A DNA stretch of 63,445 nt, filler included. It is 8 parts of 8 records of this genome, joined end to end, with 100 filler letters (N's around TTAATTAATTAA, not from the genome) between each part and the next. Parts side by side here need not be neighbours in the genome. Positions count along the whole stretch, not along the records: positions 50,523 to 57,136 come from SRR31147125_10406; positions 57,237 to 63,445 come from SRR31147125_10445; 6 more parts are not named here. One strand, written 5' to 3'. The notes under the pieces are model-generated. The model was not told where the DNA came from, searched no databases, and saw only the letters and a program-made list of their open reading frames with translations. Made by a program: the position numbers and the translations under genes. Below are positions 50,523 to 61,958 of this stretch, piece after piece; position 1 is the first letter of the stretch; each line of letters opens with the position of its first letter.

Positions 50523-51393
50523 TTTAGACAAATGGTTATTAGACAAAGAAAAAGAAATAAAATCTTCAAGCTGCATGAATTATGAAAGTGCAATAAGAAA
50601 CACAATTACTCCATATTTAGGTAAAATGAAAATTGAAGAAATCACATATCAAGTCATTAGTAAGTATTACATTGACCATGTTTCTTTATTTTCGCTAAAC
50701 TATCAGAAACTAATTTTTTCTATCATACAAAATTCTTTAAAACAATATGAAGCGCCTTATTGGGCGATTAAAAAGTTTATGAGGGAAAATATATTAAGAA
50801 CTCGAATGAGTCATTCAATCAGTTCACTCAATGAGGAAGAATTAAAATCTGTCATTGATATTTGTTTGAATTCAGCACATCAATATCACTTAGCAATTTT
50901 AATAGCCATATATACTGGCATGAGAATAGGTGAAATATGTGCATTAAAATATAGTGATATTGATATGAGTAATAATATCATTAAAGTGTATAAAACACTT
51001 TATAGAATTAAAGATGATACATCTACTAAACTAAAAATAAGCACAACGAAGACACGACACAGTGAGCGATTAATACCTATAAGTAAATCACTAAAAAAAT
51101 TATTAGCAAGAACTGTTAAGGACAATGAAAACTACATCGCTTCAAATTCAAGGAAACCGCTAGATCCTAGAGTGTTGAGACGTTATTTTAAACAATTGCT
51201 TATTAAACATGATTTAAAACCTGTTAGATTTCATGATTTACGCCATTCTTTTGCTAATTTATGTATAAAAAAGGGTGTCGACTACAAAAGTTTAAGTGAA
51301 TTACTTGGTCATGCAAATATTACAACAACATTAAATATTTATGTGCATTCAGATATATCGAAAAAACATATTGCCATAAATAAACTATTTTAA
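50523..51393 (+). CDS. Tyrosine recombinase/integrase, 5' truncated
   Basis: TGMRIGE, RFHDLRH, LLGH and catalytic Y (TTLNIYVH). Confidence 0.92.
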
Positions 51394-51447
51394 TGAATTT
51401 AAAAAAGTCCTTAAATATTTCTTTAAGGACCATGGAGGAGTGGCAAG

Positions 51448-51795
51448 ATGTCTTGGATTGATCATTTGTCAATTGAAGAAAGGAAACGATTGTACAATAA
51501 ATATGAGAAGATTTGTCATCAAATATATTTGTTGATGTATGTGTCGTTTCTATGTGTCGTATTATCATTGATCGTAGGATTCTTAGATAACAGATATCTT
51601 ATGGTTTTTATATGCGTAATTATACACGGTTCTTTAGGTGGTATACTTATCACCTTATCAAACACCATTACAGCTATAAGATATTTACGCGTAAAAAAAG
51701 AAACCAAATATTATCAATGGGGATTATACTTTGGTTTCTATGTTATACCAAAATTATCACATCAGTTATTTAAAGAAATTATTAATATAAGATGA
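51448..51795 (+). CDS. Hypothetical membrane protein
   Basis: Two to three hydrophobic segments; GGAGG RBS. Confidence 0.6.
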   Translation: MSWIDHLSIEERKRLYNKYEKICHQIYLLMYVSFLCVVLSLIVGFLDNRYLMVFICVIIHGSLGGILITLSNTITAIRYLRVKKETKYYQWGLYFGFYVIPKLSHQLFKEIINIR

Positions 51796-51800
51796 CAATG

Positions 51801-53033
51801 TCATCTTTTTATTTTCTTTATCTTATCGATTTGTTTTAAACGTTCAAATAATGCTTTTTCGTACTTGCTTTCGGCTTTTGGATGGAAATAAGTTTTATCA
51901 ATGATTTTATCTGGAAGATAGCGTTGATTGTTTAAACTAAATTGATCATCATGTGGATAATGATAGATGCTTGGATCCTTAGAAATTTCTCGGTTACTTG
52001 CTTGTGAAGGTACAATACCAGTATCTATATTTCCATAATCTTCTAAAGCTTGATTAATTGCTAAATAACCACTGTTTGATTTTGGTGACAATGCCATATC
52101 AATGACGATGACACCTAAAATAATTCTAGCTTCAGGCAGACCTACTTTTAAAGCACTCTCACATGCATGTGAAACTTTAACACCCATCATAGGGTTTGCA
52201 AGTCCAATATCTTCATAAGCGATTACAAGCAATCTTCTTATAATAGATTGCAAATCTTCTAGCGTAATGAGTCTGGCTAGGTAATGTATACTAGCATCAA
52301 CATCAGATCCTCTAATTGATTTTTGTAGTGCACTTAATAAATCATAAAAGTTATCTTGCTTTTTATCTAAATCATGGTGAACTCTACCAGATACACGGTA
52401 GACCAATTTGTCAGATAACACATCACCATCTTCTAATAAAAGAGAAGCACTTTCTAATATATTTAATGCGGATCTAATCTCATGATTAGATATACGTACA
52501 ATAGCATCTAATGCTTGTGGTGCAATTGTTATATCAACATCTAATAAAGAAAGTCCTCTTGTAATGGCATGTTTAATAGCTTCATCTTCTAATTTCTTGA
52601 CTTGAAAAAGATGACATCTTGAGCGAATGGCAAGATTAATACTTTGATATGGATTGACTGTAGTTAATCCTATGATTGTCACATGACCATTTTCAACATA
52701 GGGTAATAAATAATCTTGAATATCTGTTTTCATACGATGTATCTCATCGATAATCAGTAGAACATCATGATATGCTGTCATATCAATAATATCTTTAAGT
52801 TTTGCTTTATTATCCGTTGATGCATTAAAAAAATAGGTATCTAACTGTGCTTGTTTTGAAAATATTTGAGCAATAGTTGTTTTACCTGTGCCTGGTGGAC
52901 CATATAATATAAAAGATAAAATTTTTTGTTTGTTTAACATGGCTGTTAATACGCCATCATGTCCGATTAAGTGATCTTGTCCAAAAACATCACTAAATGT
53001 TTCAGGTCTTAATCGATATGCTAAAGGTTTCAT
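51801..53033 (-). CDS. rarA: Replication-associated recombination protein A
   Basis: PLAYRLRP, GPPGTGKT, IDEIHR, SALQKSIRGSD, EDIGLANP and PKSNS motifs. Confidence 0.95.
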   Translation of the reverse strand: MKPLAYRLRPETFSDVFGQDHLIGHDGVLTAMLNKQKILSFILYGPPGTGKTTIAQIFSKQAQLDTYFFNASTDNKAKLKDIIDMTAYHDVLLIIDEIHRMKTDIQDYLLPYVENGHVTIIGLTTVNPYQSINLAIRSRCHLFQVKKLEDEAIKHAITRGLSLLDVDITIAPQALDAIVRISNHEIRSALNILESASLLLEDGDVLSDKLVYRVSGRVHHDLDKKQDNFYDLLSALQKSIRGSDVDASIHYLARLITLEDLQSIIRRLLVIAYEDIGLANPMMGVKVSHACESALKVGLPEARIILGVIVIDMALSPKSNSGYLAINQALEDYGNIDTGIVPSQASNREISKDPSIYHYPHDDQFSLNNQRYLPDKIIDKTYFHPKAESKYEKALFERLKQIDKIKKIKR

Positions 53034-53095
53034 AAAATCACCATATAAATTATACCATAGTATAGTGTATAATGAATATAAATAAGGAGGTAATC

Positions 53096-53695
53096 ATGGA
53101 AATTATATTTAATTCAATATGGACTATTTTTTTATCACTTTTTGCTACTTACATCATTGTTTTTACAACCATCAGGATAGAAATGATTCTAACAAATAAG
53201 CATATTGTCAATAAAAAGAACATTTTAACAATTATTGCTAATGTCATGCCTATGATGATGATAATCGTGTTTTTAATCTTTTATATCATTAAGGTTGATC
53301 ATTTCATAGAACATTATATGTATATTATCATGGCAATATTACTATTATCTATACTTATTGCAAACACTTTTAATTTATCAAGTCAACACAAAAGAATTTA
53401 TAAAGATATATATTTTGGAAAAAAACATACAAAAGATGAAATATTTAAAATTAAATCTAAATATGTAGGTGTTGAAATCGAAACATCACTAAGGGATGCA
53501 CCTATTAGATTAACAATTTATGAGAAATTCTTTCATCAATTGGATGCATATTTAAACAATCTAGAAAAAGAAAAACAATTATTTATAGATTTAACAACAA
53601 AGAAATTTCAATATATCGCTTATTTATTTATGTTTTCATATATTTTATCAGTGTCATTTTTAGCTTTTGAAATATATTATTTATTAACTTTATAA
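53096..53695 (+). CDS. Hypothetical membrane protein
   Basis: ATG 53096 after AAGGAGG; four TMs. Confidence 0.65.
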   Translation: MEIIFNSIWTIFLSLFATYIIVFTTIRIEMILTNKHIVNKKNILTIIANVMPMMMIIVFLIFYIIKVDHFIEHYMYIIMAILLLSILIANTFNLSSQHKRIYKDIYFGKKHTKDEIFKIKSKYVGVEIETSLRDAPIRLTIYEKFFHQLDAYLNNLEKEKQLFIDLTTKKFQYIAYLFMFSYILSVSFLAFEIYYLLTL

Positions 53696-53842
53696 TCGTA
53701 CGTTTTTTAAAGCGAAAGCATGTCTATAGGCATGCTTTTATTATGCATGAAATCAATCGATGTAAACTTGTAAAATAACCAAAAAATATGGTAAAATATT
53801 TTAGTATTGATTTATATCGTATAAATATATGGAGGATTAAAA

Positions 53843-54355
53843 ATGGACTTAAAAAAATACATTGCAGAGGTGCCTGATTTTCCCAAAAAAGACATCTTAT
53901 TTAAAGATATTACACCACTTATGTTAAATGGGGATGCATACAAGTTTGCATCAGATCAAATGACTGAATTTGCAAAGAAAAAAGGAGCTACTGTCATTGT
54001 AGGACCAGAAGCAAGAGGCTTTATTTTTGGTTGTCCTGTGGCTGTTAATTTAAACATTGGTTTTTCACCGGTAAGAAAACCGGGTAAATTACCACGACAA
54101 ACTGTCACTGAAAAATATGATCTAGAATATGGTTCAAATGAGTTATCATTACATTATGATGCTATTAAACCTGGTGACAAAGTACTAATCATTGATGATT
54201 TACTTGCAACTGGTGGTACGATGGAAGCAACGATTAAACTTGTTGAAAAACTTGGAGGAGAAGTTGTTGGTTTATCATTCTTAATTGAACTTGCTGATTT
54301 AAATGGTAGAGATAGATTACAAGGATATGATATACTTACATTAATTACTTATTAG
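53843..54355 (+). CDS. apt: Adenine phosphoribosyltransferase
   Basis: DFPK..I.FKDI, EARGF, RKPGKLP, LEYG and [11 protein letters not shown] motifs. Confidence 0.97.
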   Translation: MDLKKYIAEVPDFPKKDILFKDITPLMLNGDAYKFASDQMTEFAKKKGATVIVGPEARGFIFGCPVAVNLNIGFSPVRKPGKLPRQTVTEKYDLEYGSNELSLHYDAIKPGDKVLIIDDLLATGGTMEATIKLVEKLGGEVVGLSFLIELADLNGRDRLQGYDILTLITY

Positions 54356-54369
54356 GAAGAAGTGTTTAA

Positions 54370-56549
54370 ATGGCAGATCTTTTATTTGAATCATTAGCCA
54401 ATCATTTTAAAGCATATATCCATAAAGAAGAAGATATAGAACTTATACATAAGGCTTATATGATTGCAAAAGAAAAACATGAGGGTCAAATGAGGAAATC
54501 AGGAGATCCCTACATCACACACCCAATAGCAGTTGCAATCATCCTTACAGAACTTACTGCAGGACCTGCAACCCTTATTGCTGCGCTTTTACATGATACT
54601 GTCGAAGATACTGCTTACACACTAGATGATGTCAGAGAAACCTTTGGACAAGATGTTGTTGATATGGTTGACGGTGTTACTAAAATTGGACAATTATCGT
54701 TTAATACGGTTGCATCTCAAGCAGATAATCATCAAAAAATGTTACTTGCGATGGCAAAAGATATACGTGTTGTTTTAATTAAAATTGCTGATAGATTGCA
54801 TAATATTCGTACATTACAATCCATGGCACCAGAAAAACAATATCGTATCGCCAGTGAAACATTAGAAATTTATGCACCCTTAGCACATCGCTTAGGGATT
54901 TTTAGAATTAAAGCAGAACTAGAAGATAAATCGTTAAGATATACAGATGCACCGATGTATTACCGCGTATCCAACATGATACAGGCAAAAAAGAAGAAAG
55001 AGAAGCTTCAATAGATAGTATTATTGATCAAATCAAATCACTATTTGGTCAAAATGAGCTTACTGATTTTTCGATTAAAGGCCGTATTAAGAATATATTT
55101 AGTATATATAAAAAAATGGTGAGAGATAAACGTGCATTTGAAGATATATATGATCTTTTAGCTGTACGTATTATTGTGGATAAAGTTGAAATGTGTTATC
55201 AAGCTTTAGGCATTATCCATGCGAATTTTACACCAATTCCAAGACGATTTAAAGACTATATCGCTGTTCCTAAACCAAATATGTATCAGTCACTTCATAC
55301 AACTGTATTATCAGAAGATGGTACATTATTTGAAGTGCAAATTAGAACACATGAAATGGATCAAGTTGCAGAGTATGGGGTTGCTGCACATTGGGCATAT
55401 AAAGAAAATAGAACATATTCTAAAGAAAAAGAACAATTTGAAATCGCTCAAAAGCTCAAATGGTATGGGGACTTAATGAAAATGAGTCAAGATACTGATG
55501 AAACTGATGCAGGTGCGAAAGAATTTGTTAATACCATTAAAGGCGATATTTTAGAAGCTAATGTTTATGTATTTACACCTAAGGGTGAAGTCATAGAACT
55601 TCCAAAAGGATCTACACCGATTGATTTTGCATATCGTATTCATACCGATATTGGTAATAAAATGACAGGTGCGATTGTTAATAATCGTATTGTGACACTT
55701 GATTATGAACTTGCAACTGGAGATATTGTCAGTGTTAAAACAAATAAAAACTCTGTAGGGCCTAGTGAAGATTGGTTAAAAATTGTTAAATCTTCACATG
55801 CGAAACATAAAATTAAGAGTCATTTAAATCGCTTAAATAGAGATCAATTAATCACTCAAGGACAGGCTTTGCTTGAAAAAGAGTTAATGATTCAAAAAGT
55901 TGATCATACAAAAATTGACGATGCTTTTGTTAAAAAGTATTTTGAAAAAAATATGGTTAACAATCTAACTGAATTATATTTAGAAATAGGTAAAGGTTTA
56001 GTCAGTCCAAAAACAGTGGCTCAAAAAGCATTGGGTAAAGAAATTGATCGTGAACAAATATTGCAACGACAAATGCTAAAAGCAGCGCGACAATTAACAA
56101 CGCATCATGAAACTGGTGTGATGATAGACGGTCTTTCTTCGCCACAAATAAAACTTGCAAATTGTTGTTTGCCTATACCTGGCGATGAAATCGTTGGATT
56201 TGTTTCTAAAAATAGTGGTATTGTGATTCATAATATCAATTGTCCTAATTGTAAACAATTTGATCCCAATCGATTATTAGAGGTTTTTTGGTCGGAAGAA
56301 ATTGAACGTAAATATCCGACTAGAATCAAAATTGTTGGTACTGCAAGACCGACTTTACTTACAGAAGTTGTTACTGCAGTGAATGCAATGAGTATTTCGA
56401 TTGCAGAAGTCAATGCGATGACATCAAGTAATTTAGAAATGACGATTAAGTTAAAAATTTTAATTAAAGATATTGACGCACTTAGAGCTGTGATGGTCAA
56501 TATTAGAAAAGTAAGTGATATATCTAATGTAGAGCGTGATTTTCAATGA
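54370..56549 (+). CDS. relA: Bifunctional (p)ppGpp synthetase/hydrolase Rel, split at A6 run 54987-54992
   Basis: HD domain (LLHDTVED), synthetase (DLLAVR, KDYIAVPKPNMYQSLHT, EVQIRT), TGS, CC and ACT domains. One added A joins the two ORFs. Confidence 0.95.
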
Positions 56550-56980
56550 GAGTCGTATGCCAAAGAGTATTAGAAGCATGCGTTTCTGTTGATCAAAAAG
56601 TTGTTGGAGCAATCAAACAAGGATATTTGTTGTATATTGGATTTACACATACTGATGGTGATGAAGAACTGGATAAAATGGCGTATAAAATACAAAAATT
56701 ACGTGTATTTGAAGATGATAATCATCGTTTAAATGACAATTTAGAACAAGTTGATGGACAAATACTAGCCATTTCTCAGTTTACATTGTATGGGTCAGTT
56801 AAGGGTAACCATAGACCATCATTTACCAACGCTGCAAAGCCTGATCAAGCGATAAAACTTTATCAAAAGTTTATTGATAAATTAAAAACTTTTGCAGATG
56901 TTAAAACAGGTATATTTGGCGCTGATATGAAGGTATCTTCTATAAATGATGGACCAGTGACGATAAACATTGAATATTGA
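56546..56980 (+). CDS. dtd: D-aminoacyl-tRNA deacylase
   Basis: QRV..A.V, SQFTL, RPSF, FGADM.V and NDGPVT motifs. Confidence 0.96.
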   Translation: MRVVCQRVLEACVSVDQKVVGAIKQGYLLYIGFTHTDGDEELDKMAYKIQKLRVFEDDNHRLNDNLEQVDGQILAISQFTLYGSVKGNHRPSFTNAAKPDQAIKLYQKFIDKLKTFADVKTGIFGADMKVSSINDGPVTINIEY

Positions 56981-57009
56981 TTGACAAAAAGATATAAAAA
57001 AGATAAAAT
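56981..57009 (+). promoter_or_regulatory. SigmaA promoter
   Basis: TTGACA-17bp-TAAAAT. Confidence 0.75.
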
Positions 57010-57025
57010 AATCGTATAATTTCAT

Positions 57026-57136
57026 CGCTGAAGAAAAAGGATTTAACATGTGTTAAATAGTGACACCTTTGGAGGCATAAGAAACTAATGAGGGCTAGAA
57101 GCAATTCTAGAACTAAGGTGGTACCGCGAATATATT
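57026..57136 (+). ncRNA. T-box riboswitch (His specifier), truncated by contig end
   Basis: T-box AAGGTGGTACCGCG at 57115-57128 and Stem III CTAGAA-GCAA-TTCTAG. Candidate specifier AGTGA-CAC-C at 57064-57066 (His), consistent with the usual relA-dtd-hisS order. Confidence 0.8.
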
Positions 57137-57236
57137 NNNNNNNNNNNNNNNNNNNNNNNNNNNNNNNNNNNNNNNNNNNNTTAATTAATTAANNNNNNNN
57201 NNNNNNNNNNNNNNNNNNNNNNNNNNNNNNNNNNNN
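57137..57236. other. Artificial contig spacer
   Basis: N44-TTAATTAATTAA-N44. Confidence 0.99.
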
Positions 57237-57869
57237 GGAGAATATATAGCTATTGTAGGGACATCGGGGTCAGGTAAATCAACATTAATGAGACTATTGC
57301 TTGGATTTGAAAAACCTGATACTGGAGCTGTGTATTATGACGGAATGGATATAAATACTCTCGATGCCATTAGTGTAAGGCAGAGAATCGGAACATGTTT
57401 GCAAAATGGAAAACTTTTCGTAGGAGATATCTTTTCTAACATCTCCATCACTTCTCCACTAAGTAAAATGGAGGATGCTTGGCATGCTGCCCAACTATCT
57501 GGTATTGCTGATGATATCAAAGAGATGCCTATGCAAATGCACACTATTATCTCAGAAGGAAGTGGTGGTATTTCTGGTGGCCAAAAACAAAGATTATTGA
57601 TAGCACGTGCTTTAATTGGAAAGCCAAATATTTTATTTTTTGATGAAGCGACCTCTGCTCTTGATAATATAACCCAGAAAGTAGTCTCTGATAGTTTGGA
57701 TTCATTAGGGTGTACCAGAGTTATCATTGCACACAGATTGTCTACTGTGATTAATTGTGATAGAATAGTAGTATTAGATAAAGGAAAAATAATCGAATCT
57801 GGTAACTACAAAGAGCTTATAAAAAAACAAGGTATCTTTTATAAACTTGCAAAACGACAAATTACATAA
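57237..57869 (+). CDS. ABC exporter ATPase domain, NHLP/NHLM bacteriocin-system type, 5' truncated
   Basis: GTSGSGKS, RLLLGFEKP..G.VYYDG.D, VRQRIG..LQNG.L..GDIFSNI, ISGGQKQR and DEATSALD motifs. Confidence 0.8.
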   Translation, partial: GEYIAIVGTSGSGKSTLMRLLLGFEKPDTGAVYYDGMDINTLDAISVRQRIGTCLQNGKLFVGDIFSNISITSPLSKMEDAWHAAQLSGIADDIKEMPMQMHTIISEGSGGISGGQKQRLLIARALIGKPNILFFDEATSALDNITQKVVSDSLDSLGCTRVIIAHRLSTVINCDRIVVLDKGKIIESGNYKELIKKQGIFYKLAKRQIT

Positions 57870-57901
57870 CTCAAAACTATATTAAGAATAGGGTGAAGTT
57901 A

Positions 57902-60217
57902 ATGAAAAAAATTACTGATTGGTTCCTGGATATTTATCAAAATAGAGATCTTGTAGTATAAAGAAAAAGTCTTTATACATTCTACTTTACACTACTAGGC
58001 CTCTTATTTACAATTACTGGCTTTATCATTGAACTAATGGCGGGAATGAACACAGTTATTTCATCAACTATCGGAATTTTACTTTTCATAACTGCACTAT
58101 TTTTTATAAAAAGAGGATATTTCTACCTAGTAAATGTAGCTATCATAATCTCAGGAACTTTATTTGCCATAGATCTATTAAGAGCTGAAGGTGACTCAAC
58201 TATTTTTTTTCTGCATTGCTTATTAGGACTTTTTATGATTTCAATATTACATGTTAGAAAATTTGATTATTATTTCGGAGTATCAATAGTAACTACTGTA
58301 GTTGGAATAAAAGTTGTCAAACTACAATTACAAGCTAAAACTCCAGAAGAAATGGTTCCTAACTTCTATCTTCTTATGATTTTTTCTCTATTTTTTATTT
58401 TATCACTACTTATTACCAAAATCATCAATGAAGAGATAAAAAGATCCCAAGACCTTAGCAAGTCAAATTTTGAACTTGAAAAATCAAACAAAGCTAAAAT
58501 TGACTTTATATCAAATGTTAGTCATGAATTAAGAACTCCTTTAAATGGAATAATCGGAACAACTGAACTCATCTCATTTAACAAAGAAGCTAAAGTATTT
58601 CAAAATGATCTAGACACTATTTTAAATTCAGCAAGACATCTCTTAATATTAATAAATCAGATTCTCAATATCTCAAAAATAAATCATGAAGAGTTTAAGC
58701 TAAACAAAGATTACTATTCACTTCATGAGATTATTGAAGAGCTTGAAGAGATGTTTTATGGTATCTCCAACAAAAAGGGTATCAATTTTTATGCCTTTAT
58801 TTCCAATAAAATAAGTGACAAACACTATTTAGATAAATTTAAACTTAAACAGGTAATTATAAATCTTCTGAGTAATGCTTTTAAATTTACAAATGAAGGT
58901 TTTGTGCTGCTAACAGTAGAAAAAATTGACTCAACTTTTAATAAAGAGAAAATAAAAATTTCAGTAAAAGATTCGGGTATTGGAATCAAAATTAAAGATC
59001 AGAAAAAAATCTTTGAGGAATTCAAACAAGGTGAAATTGATTTTGCAAAACAGTTTGAAGGAACAGGTTTAGGATTATCTATTGCTGGCAAGATAATTGA
59101 AAACATGAACAGTAAAATAACTTTAGAATCAAAACAGAATAAAGGGTCAACATTCAGTTTTGAACTTTCTTGTGATATTAAAACTTTGAATAATTCCATT
59201 TGTGTTTCCGAAAAAAATATTCTATTAATTTGTAATGACGAAATTGTTACGGACTTTTTTATTAAAAATTTCAATGATTTTGGTGTTATTCATTATATTG
59301 CTGATGATCTGGAAGAAGCAGAAGAGTATTTACATGAAATAGAAAATATAAGCTATATTTTTTCTGTAGGAAGGCCACTAAACACTGAAGTAAAAAAACT
59401 AGGAATATTTAAAAAATTTGAAGTCTTTTATTTCGAGAGTACCCTAAAACATAATAGTTCAGATAAAAATTTAGTAATTAATCAAAAAAATATACAAAAT
59501 ATACTCTTAGACAAAAATAAAAAAATACAACCAGTAAATTTCAATGAAGATAAGAAAAATAAATATATCGGAATCACTACTCTAATCGTTGAAGATAATC
59601 CCATAAACTCCAATATACTGAGAAGATATTTAAAACTGGCAAATATTAATGCTAAAGTAGCTGCTGATGCCAACGAATGCTATGAAATTATTAAAAACAA
59701 TAACTATGACTTAATTTTCCTTGATATACAGTTACCCAAAATAGATGGTTTCCAGGTACTAAAAAAAATAAAAGAAACTCTTGTAAATAAACCTATTGTT
59801 ATAGCTTTCTCTGCAAGTATCTCTAGTGAGTTTAAAAATATGTGTTTAGAAAAAGGTTTTGATGATTTTATAGCTAAACCATTTACATGCTCAGATATAG
59901 ACACACTTCTATATAAATATTTCCAATTTAACCTGGATCAAAGTAAAGAAAACTCTAATGATGAAATTATTGATCTACTTAAAACTGATTGTTTAGAAAA
60001 AATTGAAAGAATTGAGTTTTATATCGAAAAAGAAAATTTTAATAAAATATCGGAACTTGCCCATTATATGAAAAGTGGCGCAGGTACAGCTAAACAAATC
60101 AAACTATATAACGCTATCTCCACTCTAGCTTTTTTTGCTAATAAAAAAGATAAAGCAAATATTCTAATAACTATTTTAGAGATAAAAACTGAATTAGATA
60201 ATATTGGAGAAAATTAG
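57902..60217 (+). CDS. Membrane hybrid histidine kinase (HisKA-HATPase-REC-Hpt); in-frame TAA at 57959-57961 upstream of the 58037 ORF
   Basis: SHELRTPLNG, NLLSNAFKFT, DSGIGI, GTGLGL, REC (VEDN, LDIQLP, KP) and Hpt AHYMKSGA. ATG 57902 is in frame. Confidence 0.88.
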
Positions 60218-60264
60218 ATTTAATTAACAAATATACAACTAAACAATTGAGGTGAATAGATAAA

Positions 60265-60933
60265 ATGAAAGCATTAGTGATTGAAGATAACAAAATAACT
60301 AAAAATCAAATATGTAGAATTTTAGATGAGCTGGGTTTTATTGTATATGAATCTGAATCTGGTGAAAGAGGACTTGATATTATCACTAATGAAAATATTG
60401 ACCTTATTATACTTGACATAAATCTAATCTCAATGAATGGATTTTCAGTTTGTTATTTCATAAGAAAATACCCAGATAAATATGGAATCCCTAAAATTTT
60501 AATGTTAACAGACAGAAGTGATATTTCAGATGTTTTAAAGGGATTTAAAGAGGGAACAGATGATTATCTAAAAAAACCTTTTATTGAAGAAGAATTAGTC
60601 TATAGAGTGGTTTCATTAATACGTAGGTCGGATAAGAAAATAGAAAAAAAACTCAAACACGAAGAGATTGAACTTTTTTCTAAAACTAAGCAAGTAAGAG
60701 TTGAAGGTAAAGAGATCAGCATTACTACAAAAGAGTTTAAATTACTTGAGTTTTTTATGATAAATAACGGGATTATGCTCACAAAAGAAAAAATATATTA
60801 TAATGTCTGGGAAAGAGAGTATACTCCTGAAAATAAAACTCTAGATGTTTGCTTAAATCGAATAAAGAAAAAAATACCTATTCTCAATAAATACCTTACC
60901 AACTATAAAGGTATAGGTTATAAATTTAAATAA
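60265..60933 (+). CDS. OmpR/PhoB family response regulator
   Basis: IEDN, LDINL, DDYLKKPF and winged helix (T.KEF.LL, TLDV...R...K, GIGYK). Confidence 0.92.
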   Translation: MKALVIEDNKITKNQICRILDELGFIVYESESGERGLDIITNENIDLIILDINLISMNGFSVCYFIRKYPDKYGIPKILMLTDRSDISDVLKGFKEGTDDYLKKPFIEEELVYRVVSLIRRSDKKIEKKLKHEEIELFSKTKQVRVEGKEISITTKEFKLLEFFMINNGIMLTKEKIYYNVWEREYTPENKTLDVCLNRIKKKIPILNKYLTNYKGIGYKFK

Positions 60934-60943
60934 GATTTCACAG

Positions 60944-61038
60944 AACTCTTTAACTCATTCAATATACAATGATTAAAGAGTTTTATTTTTGATTATATAC
61001 ATAAAAATGGAGTTCAATTATTTAACTGAACTCCATTT
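60944..61038. terminator. Two hairpins terminating convergent genes
   Basis: AACTCTTTAA/TTAAAGAGTT+T tract and AAATGGAGTTCA/TGAACTCCATTT with an upstream A tract. Confidence 0.65.
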
Positions 61039-61068
61039 CATAATTTATATTTGCTACTTATAAAAATT

Positions 61069-61893
61069 TTATTTTGTGAATACACTTCCGACTGTTAGTG
61101 TTTTCTTAACAGGACAACTCTCTACACAGCTTAGGCAACTAATACACTGAGCATCTTGAACAGTCTCGGTTTTCGAAACTTCAATATCCATCGGACAGAC
61201 TTTATCACATTTACTACAACTTACACATGATGATGTGTTACGTTTAATTGAGAAAAACCTCATTTTACCTAATAAGCCATATCTTGCTCCCTCTCCACAT
61301 AGATAACTACAAAACGGTCTATCTACAAAGAAAGCTAATAATCCATAAAAAACAATTATCCCATAAAGAACTGATTGTGGAATATTTGGCAACTTATGTT
61401 GTGGTCTCTGAGGTCGAGAACCATGTTTATCAGGTTTCCCAGCATTTGCTTGATTTTCTCCTGATTGTTTTACCTCAACCTCTCCTGGAATTTCTCTCTT
61501 CTGAGTATTTGTTTTAGTTGATGCCACGTTGAATTTTGGCATTGATCTCAGAAAGCTAATTCTTCCATCATATTCTCTAAAAAATTCTAAAAAAGATATA
61601 AAAGTCATAACCAATAAAATGTATCTAAAAGCCTTTAAAAAGTTATGTATCTTTCTTGGAACTTTATACCTTCTCTTTAATACTTTAGCTCCAAGTTTTG
61701 ACATAATATCCTGATATGTTCCAAACACACATAACCAACCACAAAATATTGGCCCCAATATCAGTGTTGCTAAAAATATCGTTCCCTTAAATGAAGCCGT
61801 TCTCTCATTTGCTAATGAAAATACAATCAATAGAAACCACACAACCTGTACACTTAGTCTTACAGTAGAAATTTTTCTGTTCTTGTTTAACAT
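61069..61893 (-). CDS. 4Fe-4S binding membrane protein (NapH/MauN/YccM-like)
   Basis: FCGWLC..G, RPFCSYLC..G, CVSCSKCDKVCPM and CISCLSCVESCP motifs. Confidence 0.88.
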   Translation of the reverse strand: MLNKNRKISTVRLSVQVVWFLLIVFSLANERTASFKGTIFLATLILGPIFCGWLCVFGTYQDIMSKLGAKVLKRRYKVPRKIHNFLKAFRYILLVMTFISFLEFFREYDGRISFLRSMPKFNVASTKTNTQKREIPGEVEVKQSGENQANAGKPDKHGSRPQRPQHKLPNIPQSVLYGIIVFYGLLAFFVDRPFCSYLCGEGARYGLLGKMRFFSIKRNTSSCVSCSKCDKVCPMDIEVSKTETVQDAQCISCLSCVESCPVKKTLTVGSVFTK

Positions 61894-61930
61894 TTCCCAT
61901 CTCCTTATTATTTTTTTCCCCGATTAATTA

Positions 61931-61958
61931 TATGAAATATTTATGAAAAACATGTGAA
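61931..61958 (-). promoter_or_regulatory. Three direct repeats with 11-bp period (OmpR/PhoB-type box)
   Basis: Minus strand TTCACA-N5-TTCATA-N5-TTCATA upstream of the 4Fe-4S gene. Confidence 0.55.

Noticed and set aside
54370-56549. Naturally split Rel (separate hydrolase and synthetase genes)
   Set aside because: One extra A in an A6 run restores a canonical full-length protein, matching the window-wide homopolymer error pattern.
5780-57236. Seven copies of TTAATTAATTAA within N runs, as a biological repeat
   Set aside because: Identical 100-bp artificial linkers with six-frame stops; they only mark contig joins.
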